Positions 12,501-24,500 of a stretch of 64,000 nucleotides of DNA are shown piece by piece. Source of the DNA: Antedon mediterranea (lineage: Eukaryota; Animalia; Echinodermata); the NCBI RefSeq assembly GCF_964355755.1, contig NC_092678.1, forward strand, positions 22,523,365 through 22,587,364, written 5' to 3'. A model generated the notes under the pieces. That model saw only the letters and a list, made by a program, of their open reading frames with translations, made no database searches and was not told the DNA's origin. The number at the start of each line of letters is the position of its first letter. The stretch's first letter is position 1. The position numbers and the translations under genes were made by a program.

Positions 12501-15500
12501 ACAATAAAACAGAACACCTATAATGTGCAAAAACACTTTATTGACGCATTCCATAAAAATAACATTTTTATCAATTTATTGCACTCCACCCTTACCTGTT
12601 CTCATTAAATACTTTAAAATAAAATTAATAATTAAGAAGTCGAATTTGTTAAAGACACTTTCACTGCAACTTATATTTAAAAACTTATTTAAAAACCTTA
12701 AACCAGATCATTTCCTTTACGATATCACACCAAATGGGTGTATCACAGAAGCAAAACAAAGATATCTATCTACGCGCAATGCATGCTTGTATTTATAGCA
12801 GACTATTAAAATCAACTTATTTTTCAAATTTTGTAATAGGCTCATATTGTATTTTTTAACAAAAACCCCATATTCTGACAGACAATTTGACTATTTTTTG
12901 CTTTAAATTACAGTTTTTTCAGGTAAAACACTTTTTTTGGCCAAAGGGAATAACTATTATGTAATATTAAAATGGCATGGGGACAATATATCTTTAAAAT
13001 TAGATTTAAAAAATTTAGTAAAAAGTGTCTTTAATTTATTATATTAGTCTTCGGATTGACAAATAATTTCCTGAATTTTTAATTTAATTAGGTTAATTTT
13101 TTTGCGATCTCCAATTCTCTTAAGTTCAGCGGCCACATAGCTTCCAAAACGTTCTTCTGGACCATTATTATCAGCTGACAGCAAGACTTGAAGTGATTTA
13201 TTTATTAGTTCATCATCTTGATTTGACCTTTTTTCTTTTTTGGATTTTTTTAATGGAGGGGGAATTGCTGAAACTGGTGGTAGGAGGGACAATTCTGGTA
13301 GAGAGGGAAGTTCTGATAGAGGGAGAAATTCTGATAGAGGGGGAAATTCTTGTAGAGGGGGAAATTCTTGTAGAGGGGAATCTGAATTAAGTTGTTCCTG
13401 GCTTGGCTCTGAGATACATGGGTTCATCTAAAAATAAAAAAATAAAATATATTAATAATAATACATTCTGTATACATTTTAATTTTCATCTTTTTTTAGA
13501 CTCCATCAACACAAGATGAGTGGAGAAAAGTTTCCAATGACTATTTCCAAAAATGGCAGTTTCCCAATTGTATTGGGTCCATCGATGGAAAGCATATCAC
13601 TATGCAGTGTCCTCCCAAGTCTGGTTCATTCTATTATAATTACAAGGGGACCCACTCTATCGTCTTGATGGCATTAGTGGATGCTAACTATAGATTTCTA
13701 TACATTGATGTTGGATGCAACGGAAGGATAAGTGATGGCGGTGTGCTGCGAAATTCAACGCTTTGGCAGGCACTGACATCGGAAAGCAACATGCTAAATA
13801 TTCCAGAACCTTGCAAGTTGCCAGGATCTGACATAGTCACACCTCATGTCATACTTGCCGATGATGCCTTTCCTCTACACAGGAACATCATGAAGCCATA
13901 CCCTCAAAGAGGATTATCAAGGGAGAAGAGAGCCTACAATTACAGGTTAAGCCGGGGCCGCCGAGTAGTAGAGAATGTATTTGGACATCTTGCTAACCGA
14001 TTCAGAATCTTTCACTCTAAAATAATGCTAGTCCCGTCTAATTGCCAGAAGGTTGTGCTATGCACATGTGTGCTGCACAATTACTTAAGGGCAAATGGGG
14101 AGGAAATGTCAGCGGAAGCAGTATCAAAGCTTCAGAACTTAGATAGTCAAGGCAGCAATAATAGTACATCAATTGCTAAAGATATTAGAGAACAATTTTG
14201 TCACTATGTAAATGAAGTGCAACCTCTTCCATGGCAATATAATTGACCATTAAAAACTTTAAGGACCAATCTTAACCCTCACCTATAAAAAAAAAACAAC
14301 TTACAGATGATGTTGATTTTCTTGGAGTTACATGATCTGCCAAGAAGGATAGGCTTGTAAAAAAGGGCCATCTTGATGTGTAGCAATTTAACGACCCACT
14401 CCCACTAGTCTTGCTTTCTTTCTCTTTTCTTTTCTCACACCGATAATATGTCCGCAGTGCGTTGATTTTGTTTTTTACTTCAGTTTCTGTGAATAAAAAA
14501 ATGTAATAAATGTGGTAAATATGATGTTATAGTAGGCCTACTATTCATTTATTTATATATTAGCCTAATTATTAATCATTATTCACATTCATATATTTTC
14601 CTTCATACAGTACATACATACTAGATTAAACATTTAATAAACAGGGAATAAACATATGGTCTTACCTAGATAATAAAGTTAAGTCCTTACATACTATATA
14701 ATAATTTATAGGCCCTACTTATACTAACTAGTAACTAGGCTACTTTCTTGGGCCTAAAAAAAAGAGGCCTACTCTAGCCTAGTAGTTATTAGGTAAAATT
14801 AGGCCTAGGCCTACTCTAATTAATTAAAACATAGGCCCTAAGTCCTTACATGTTAATAATAATTAATAGGCCCTACTTATAGTATATACTAACTAGGCTA
14901 CTTTCTTAGGCCTAAAAAAAGAGGCCTACTCTAGTAGTCGTTATTTAGAGTGAGTAGTAGTTTAGAAGTAGGAGTAGTAGTTATTATAATAATTAAATTA
15001 GGCCTAGCCCAGTATAATAAATAACTATAAATATTATTCACTCATATAATCATTCCTAGCTAAGCATACCCTATCTAGTTAGGCCTAGGCTAGCCCTAGT
15101 AGACCCAGCCTACTATATAGCCTAGTCTAGGCCCTACCGCCGTATTTCTCCTTGTTAAAAGAGAGTCTCTAACGCGGGGAATACTGTAACTCTGTAAGTA
15201 GGGCCTAGCCTACTAAGTAATACTAGGCCCTAGCTAGGCATAGCCTAGTTCGTTGGATTCATAATGGAAAAAAAAATTCAATCTAGGCCTAGCCTAGGCC
15301 CTAGCCTAGCTAGGCCTCTAGCCTAGGCTAGGCCTATTACTCCTGATCAGATTAGGCTAGCCTAGGCCTAGTTGGCGAATGGTCCTGGAGGAATTATTTT
15401 AAAATATTTTGAAATAATTCCTCCATGCATGGTAATACGTAGGCTAGCTAGGCCCTAGGCTAGAGAGTATATAAATAGGCGGCCTAGGCCTAGCTAGTGT

Positions 15501-18500
15501 TCCGCGTGTGGTGTAGCTTGCGAGAGAGGAGGCAATGCGATGCTTTATCCCACCGCCGCCGGAAGAATAAATTGATATGCGTGCAAGGTCGCAGGTCGAA
15601 CGTCAAGGGTGGTTGACCTATTTATGGGTCGTCGCGGGGCGGAGCGTACTCTAGGGACGTACGTGTACTTAGTTACGTAACTAATGTATCGAGAGCTAGG
15701 GGCTAAGCCTACTATGCGCTATCTGTATAATGACTAAATAAAATAGTGTTTACCAGGCATTTCCGGATCAAATTGTTTTCCAATTTGTTGGACAGCTTGC
15801 TGTCGTTTGACCCTATCATGGTAGGCCCTGCATTTGGTATCCCACAAACAGGGGGAACCAAATAGCAGGGAAATAAACTTTTCATTTTCTTCGGTTGACA
15901 ATCGTCGCGAAGACATTTTTTCAAGAAACAAAAATACGGAGAGAGCGAGCTCGATTTAATAAATTTGATCAAAAAAATAACACACTGTGATTGGTCAATA
16001 TAAAAATTTGACAACTTTTTGATAGACTACATCAAAAAAAGTTGAACATGTTCAACTTTTTTTTATACAATTTGATGATGTGTGGTATGATGTCATCATA
16101 TCCATATATGGGCACATCAAATTTTTTTGTCACATAAAGTTTGATGATGTAGACAGAGCTTTAAACTATTGTTTCTCGTATATTCTTGGACAGTGTCCCC
16201 TTTATCCTTGGGATGTATACTGACATCCCAAAGGAAGGTGTTCTACAGTCAAATGTTATAAATTAAAGATTGAACTAATATTTTAGTAAATTAACATAGA
16301 ACTTAAAGTGACACCTTCTGGACCCAACAATGTGTCCCTTTAATAAGGATGTCCCCTGAATTGTGGATGATCATAGTGCTTGTTTCTTGGAAAGCATCCC
16401 TTGTTTAGGTGTCCCAAATTAGTGAAAATAATTTTTGTTGCTTTGTAATTATACAATACTTAGTCAATTTTCTACTCAATATTCTACTCAATATAAATTA
16501 TTTTCTATAATACAAATAATAAGGTGTTTGTTTCTTTATTGTCAGGTGATCTATTACCAGCCGATGGTGTTATCATTCACAGCAACGACTTAAAGATAGA
16601 TGAGAGCTCCCTCACAGGCGAGTCTGACAGCATAAAGAAAGGGGTCGATACTGACCCCATGCTTCTATCAGGTCGGTACAATTTGTTCTTAGTCCCTTCT
16701 AATCTTAAATAAGGATAAATTGGATTTTTTCAAATTAATTGTAAAATAAGTACAACACTAGCCCACCAGCCCAGTATAACACTAATGCACTAGCCCAGTA
16801 CAACACTAGCCCAGTATAACACTAGCCAACTAGCCCAGTACAACACTAGCCTACTAGCCCAATACAGCACTAGCCCAGTACAATACTAGCCCAGTATATC
16901 GCTAATGATTAAATCTTATAGTATCTCAAGTTTACACCTAAAGAACTTGCCCTAACAAAATGCATGTATTATAGAGGAGGTCACATTAAATTGTTTACCT
17001 GTTTTAATAAAAAATAACAACACAGAATTATCTAAAAGAAACACTTAATTATATAATAACAATATCTTTAATACTCTTTTTAATACTTTTAATACTGTGG
17101 ATATTTTTTTCTGATTTATATTTCTATGACTGATTGAAATGTTTATTTTTACCATCCGATTAGTCCTCATAAAAACTTCCAATTTCCTTGCTTTTTTCAA
17201 AAAAAGTGTTTAATTAGATTTTCAATCTTTTTTCTAAACGGCCAATTTTCAGTTTAATTTTCTTTGCTCTAGTTACTGTATACTTTTTTTTCAAATTTGT
17301 AAGGAATTTGTTTTTACAAATTTGTAAGAACACTTTTTTTTCTAAATTCGCCACAAGGGTATGCGAGTCATCTTCATTACGGAATGGAATTACAACGTTC
17401 ATACATAATTTCGTCATTTTTGATACGTGGTAACGATTTTTCCTAGTGTAAATTGCCCTTTAGAGAAAAGTGGCAAGACAGCCAGTATGCTAGACATGAA
17501 CTATGACCTTTATTTGAGGGTGCTACTTTGAACTTTTTTTTTCTTGATTCTAAATATAGCTTTATCCTCTCGTCACATAATTCTACTAATGTTGAGCATG
17601 GCATACTTCCATAAATTTAGAAGTGTATTTAAAAAAAAAATTTTTATTTAACAAAATTATTAAGATGAAAAATAACTTTACAAATTGACTTGTCATACTC
17701 AATTTTTTATTATATAAATTTTATTAGTCAAATGAACAATTTTTTCACAATTGTGGCATATAATATTAGTATATTCGTGCAGATTTTACTGTCAAAATGT
17801 TTGATTTCTTGGCAAACAAATTTGACCAAATAATATTCGTAATACTAATTGTAGAATGGTCAGTACGACGGAGAAAATATTTTTACCAATGAAGATCATC
17901 GTCTATCATTTGCAATAATTCATAAACAATTCTTTTTTTATTAGAATACTTTAAAAATGAACAACCATCATCCATTTAAAATTGAGCCATGAAAATTGAA
18001 ACGAAGATGGTTGATGAATATCAGGTATTAAAGTGTTGCGTCTTAAGGGTCCTTATAGCGTCAGAATACCAGCAAATGTGAACTAAAGTTATGAAATAAA
18101 AGGGCAAATTGTCGCAGAACAAAACAGTACTTCCGATTTATAAAGAATATTCTTGAACCTTTCTGAATTCATAGGAAGGAAAGAAAGAAAAAAGAAATTA
18201 TTTCGTTATTTCTGCGTTAATTAGGATTATCAAAACTCAGAATCACAGTTGGTTGATTATATTAAACAAGATCATGGTGGGAATGGAGGTTCATACTTTA
18301 CACACCATTTACAATATAAAAAGTATAGCTATCAAATTACCAACATTTAATAATTGTTCTGACAACCTTTAGAAATTTTGTTTATAGTTTTTTTACATAA
18401 TGGGATAAACTGTAGCATTTAAATGTAATATTTTTTTTGATTTTTTTTTTGTCACTGTTATAAACAAAGAAATTAATAATAATTTGACTTTTTAGTTGTT

Positions 18501-21500
18501 ATCGTAGAGGCATACACAATTAACACAGCTCGGTTCCTTGCAAAGGTTAAATATAGAAAAAAAATGTGTTATTATAATATTAATAACGAATAAAAAAGTA
18601 CAAGAGCTGTTTACTGGCGACTTCAAGCAATGAGTATTAGAATAATTTACTAAGTTTGTTTGTAATTACGACGTCTGACATTTAAATGTGTACTTTTTCT
18701 TGCTTTTCTATGAAAATTTTATAAGTAATCGTTTTACAGTGTTTTGACATTATTTTTTCTGTTTAAATATACACAGAACGTTAATTTAGAGTTTCATTAA
18801 AATAGTTTATAGCTATTTTTATCAGTCGGTAATCTGTCATGGGCTAGTGATATTTACAATCAAATTTGTTTAATATGATTTATATATAATGCGATATTTA
18901 ATCAAATAATTCATCATTTTAAATAATCTGTATATTACTGTATCATTATTATGAAATATACACATTATCATCATAATTATCATAAAATTATTATTATCAA
19001 TATCATAATCATGCATACAATCAACATGTACATTATTATGAGAATCATCTTTAATCATTGCTATCATAATCTTTGCTATCATAATCATTGCTATCATTCA
19101 TTGCTATCATAATTATTCCTACCATAATCATTGCTATCAATCATTGCTATCAAAATCATTGCTATCAATCATTGCTATCATAATAATTAGCATCATAATC
19201 ATTGCTATCATAATCTTTGCTATCATAATCATTGCTATCATTATCTTTGCTATCATAATCATTGCTATCATTATCTTTGCTATCATAATCATTGCTATCA
19301 TAATCATTGCTATCATAATCATTAGCATCATAATCATTAGCATCATAATCTTTGCTATCATAATCATTGCTATCATAATCATTAGCATCATAATCATTAG
19401 CATCATAATCATTGCTATTGTATTCATTAGCATCATAATCATTGCTATCATAATCTTTGCCATCATTATCTTTGCTATCATAATCATTGCTATCATAATC
19501 ATTTAGCATCATATAATCATCAGCACCATGTAATCATCAGCATCATAGTCATTGCTATCATAATCATTGCTATCATAATCATTGCTATCATAATCATTAG
19601 TAGCATCATGATCATTGCTATCATTAGCATCATAATCATTAGCATCATACTCATTAGCATCATACTCATTAGCATCATAATCATTAGCATCATAATCATT
19701 GCTATCATAATCATTGCTATCATAATCATTAGCATCATAATCATTAGCATCATAATCATTGCTATCATAATCATTAGCATCATAATCATTAGCATCATAA
19801 TCATTAGCATCATAATCATTGCTATCATAATCATTAGCATCATAATCATTAGCATCGATATCATTTGTATAAACACAGTTCCCATTATATCAGTAACTAT
19901 TCATCTATGCCTTCATTTATGATGATTTTACTGTCATCATCATTATCATTATAATCAATATGATGACCTCATTATTATCTATCAATATCACTGTCACTTC
20001 TTCATAAATTATTATTTTTATATATTAAAATTCCATCAAATTGGCAAGGACAATATCTATTCATATCTGGAAATAGCTAAGTGGCAATCTCATTAACATG
20101 TCAAATCAGATTATCTTTGCAAATCTTGCGTTTGCGCACCTGCCTCGGGCTAAAAAAAGAACCAGGGGCGGGGGTCCTCCTAAACCCTTCCATCAAAAAC
20201 TAGTTAGCCACAATCACGACCTTAATTATCAATATTTTAGGGATCATGTACAGAAATTAACATGCTTAATTCTGATACTACATTTATTGTAGGGATGCTC
20301 TTGAAAAATATTATGGAATACGAAATTATATAATTAATGCTTGAAGACGTGAGAGAGTCGTACAACGGCTTTCTACATGTGTTCTAAATGTTAGTGTCAC
20401 AATGTATGTTTGCTTAGCTCATTAACTGCAAATCATTTGTCGATATTTTCTTTAAACGTAAAAACTCTAGATATGTGCTCAATGTTCCTTGAATCGTGCA
20501 GCCGTACCAACTCCAGTTATTACTTCATTTTACATTCCAATGCCTTGGAAAATGTATTTTAGTTTGTACTATAATATAATACAAACAAAAATTGAATAAA
20601 CAAGTCTATTTAATTGACGCGCCCCTCCCCTCGTGTAGATGGTAATGGAACTTTGTTACCAGAAGTCACATGTAAAATCACTCAGTGTACCATACTTATA
20701 GCACTGTTTTTTATATTGAATAAAGGTAATTTATTCCTTATCGTTTCTTTGGTTCAACATAAAAGTAAAAATCCACAAAAAAAAAAACAAAAACAAACAA
20801 AAAAAAAACACTGTTTTTTAGTTCTGAATACAGTGGTATTAACTCCATCTACCAAATTCCAATTCCATGTTTGGGAAAGAGGAGGGAAATTAGAATTGTA
20901 TTTCTTGGCTTTTACACGAAATATTAGGTGCTCTAGAGGGCTAAGATTCATAGTCTGTATTTACATTTTTTTAAATAAAATTGTACAATTTTAAATGATA
21001 TGTAAATATTGGTTATTACATTAGATTTTGAGCACGGTGTAACATCAGATTGCCCGTGCATAGCATTATTATTCTAATTAATATTTTTTCTTTTTTTCTA
21101 CAACTTTATAGGTGACCTTTACAAACAACAGCTTTCTTAACATAAAATCTTAGTAGATAGAATACGGTATATTTATGTAATAAATAAGCTGATTCCACTT
21201 GTAGTTATTTGATATTTAACATTTGTTTTTTATTTCCTCAGGTACACATGTTATGGAAGGCAGTGGTAAGTTTGTGGTAACCGCAGTCGGCTTACACTCA
21301 CAGACGGGTCAGATCTTCTCCCTCCTGCTAGGGGGAGACAAGAAAAAAAGTGGGCCGGCAAAGGTCAAAGTTGAAGATGGCAATGAGGAAGCAGCTGTTG
21401 GTACCTACAGTAAAGGTAAACAATGATGTGTTTGTTTTAGCCTTAGGACGCATTATAGGACTGTTAATTACCTGAAATGTTCTTAATGGTTGTTTGGAAT

Positions 21501-24500
21501 CAATGACTGATTTCAGAGAGACTGATTTCATTAGCGCAGCGCCTAATATTTTTGTCGTTCTGTTAATGTTATGAATTTCTTTCCAATGAAAGATTTAGGC
21601 ATTTTGAAATTAAAATAGATGTTGTATTTTACATATCAACATTATTAATTTCTATCAATAGTAAAAAATACAATCATTAATAGAAGATCTTGCAAGCAGA
21701 AATTTCTTGTCAAGCAAGACACATAAACGAAAAGAAAAAAAATGTATTTGTATATATAAACTAGAGGGTACTCCGAGAGTACAAACCTCCGCCTACTGTA
21801 AAATTTCCCTACATAAAATTCCCCCTGAATATTTTTTTTTTACATTTTTTTTAATTAGTTCTTAGTGTAAATATGTTAACTGCACACTACAAAGTTGTGG
21901 ATGACAGTGTGGTGTAATGGTTATGTATCCAGCCTCTCACAGTTGAGATCGCTGGTTCAAGTCCCACTGAGGTTTTTTTTTTATTATTTTTTTATTTCTT
22001 TTTTTTTAGCTTTTTGTGGACCTTGATCTTTGACCCTGACCCTTCAAAATTTAACCACAATTATATGATGTGTCATTGATCATTGTGGCTAAGTTTGGTG
22101 AGAATCGGATAAAAACTGTGGTCTCTAGGCAGTAAAATAGTTTTTTGTTAGTTGTGACCTTGACCTATGACCTTTTCCCCTCAAATTCGAACTCGTCCAA
22201 GCTTTTGGGGCATAGATTGTTGTTGCCAAATTTGGTGAGAATCGGATAAAAACTGTGGCCTCCAGGCTGTTCACAGACACACACACACACAAACATACAG
22301 GGGTGAAAATATAACCTCCTTGGCGGAGGTAATAAAGTAACATCAACATTTAATAATTTCTATCAATGGTTGGTAAACAATACAATAAAAAACAATGGTA
22401 ATATAATGGTAAACAATACAACAATACCATTAATAATAGATGATCTTAGAGAAGAGAAATTTCTTGTCACGCTAGATCCATAAACGAAAAAAAAAGAAAA
22501 TGCATTTGTATATAATTATATATATAAACAAATCAGGCAAAGAACATTAATTCTAAACCGCCCGGTGATATACTGAAATTTAATTAATTAATTTTAAACG
22601 GCCGAGACTCGAACTCGAACTGCCTGCTTGATATGCAGATGTAAACCATTAGACCACTGGGGCTTTCCTGGTATTGTTCAAACTCGATTGGATAAATCCA
22701 AAAGCAAATTACTGAAAAAATGACAATGCTCTGGGTATCAGTGTCTGGATCTCAATGGAGATACAAAAAAAAAGCGAAAAGCTAAATCAAAACAATTTAA
22801 AAACAGCCAGAAAATTATATATACAAATACAATATATGAAAGTAACAAGAGATATTAACATTAACAGTGTTATCTTCAGTTGAACCTAAGTATGTTATAT
22901 AAAAAATGTATGTTGTAATGTAAGTAATCTGTGTTGGAAAATCTTGTATTAATAATGGATGTAGAGATGGCATATAAGCAGATGACAGTGTATCACAGTT
23001 TAAGGAGATTTACTGTAGTACGTCTGTCTTCTTTCCTTCAATATTAGTAATTACACACTTCTTCTAATTGTCATTGTAGTACCATAGTCAATATTTTGAT
23101 TATTATCAACATTATTTTTGTTATCAGTACATCACTTTATGTATGTTCTTGAACATCATCATCATCATCATCAGTATCATTATCAGTACCATTATCAACA
23201 TCAGTATTATCATCATCATCATCTTTATCATCATCAGTATCATTATCAACATCATCGTCATCATCTTCAACATTGTCATCCTCATTGTCATCCTCATTAT
23301 CATCATCAGTATCATTATCAACATTAACATAATCATTATCATCATGATTATCATCATCAGTATCATTATCAACATCGTCATCATCATTATCATTATCATC
23401 AGTATCATTATCATCAGTATCATTATCATCATCGTCGTCGTCGTCGTCGTCGTCGTCGTCGGTCGTCGGTCGTCGTCGTCGTCGGTCGTCGTCGTCGTCG
23501 GTCGTCGTCGTCGTCGGTCGTCGGTCGTCGGTCGTCGTCGTCGTCGTCGTCGTCGATCGTCGTCGTCAATCATCGTCATCATCATCATCATCAAATAAAT
23601 CATTACTCAGGGTTGAATCCAAGATGTCTTCAAGGAGGGGAGAGTATAAACATAATAGTCTGTCAAAAATAGATTTTAATAAAAGTACAGTATAGTACAG
23701 TAGTTCATTATATGCCATGTTAGCTGTCATTGTCAATAAGGTATAGGAGGAGGTGTGTGTTACAGTACCTCCTGCATCTTAAATCTCATGTTCGAAATCA
23801 TGATTAATATCATAATCATACTATATTAATTACTGTCAGTTGTACTGTGTACATGTGTCATTTTCATTTTGTCTAGGTATATTTTTTTCTTAGGATTTAA
23901 TAGTATTAGTTTTTGTAAGTTTGCATTAAAATCTTACACCACTTTCACATGGCCTGCAAAACTGTAGAATTAATTCACACCTGGGTACACAGCATATAAA
24001 ACGGTTTTACGAAAGGCGTACTACTGTACATTTTAACTGAGTCATTCATTTCGTTGTTTTGTTTTTTCAACATGTGTAATCCATTTTTTTTCTGTAGTGT
24101 ATTTTCTGAAGGCTGTATGTATAGTAATACATTAATTAAGTTCAATGTTAACCAGCATTAATATTTCAGATCCCGTGTTATTGTGGTGGTGTGTCTCGCA
24201 ATTGATTTATATTATCGCATACCATCTTGTATTAGTTATCTGTTAATTTAACACCAATGACATTTAAAGGATGTCCACCGTTGGTAAACAATACAGATAT
24301 CTTTTTTGCACACTTAATCAGGTAAACAGCCCGACGACATGGAGTCGCAAACTAAAGCGGAGAATTCCGAAAATAATGAAAACGCTGTACGAGAAAATTC
24401 TGACAACAATAAACGTAAGAACTATGAATGGAGAATGCGTTGTATTGCCTGATATATTAGATATTTTTTTACTAATCAAAACGAGATTCAGTTTTATCTT

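Larger units (their letters stand above)
11614..16160 (+). mobile_element. Autonomous PIF/Harbinger DNA transposon (4547 bp) in PMCA intron 3
   Basis: Perfect 21-bp TIRs AGCTCTGTCTACATCATCAAA / TTTGATGATGTAGACAGAGCT; TTA target duplication at 11611-11613 and 16161-16163; encodes a DDE transposase and a MADF protein. Confidence 0.96.

Noticed and set aside
12975-12997. Kolobok-like end (GGGACAATATATCT|TTAA) in the transposase intron
   Set aside because: No matching left TIR found, so an element cannot be delimited.
11844-14246. Domesticated HARBI1 host gene
   Set aside because: Perfect TIRs, a TSD and a linked MADF gene show it is a transposon.
21904-21972. Functional tRNA-Glu gene
   Set aside because: Acceptor and anticodon stems pair poorly and it lies inside a TE; treated as tRNA-derived.
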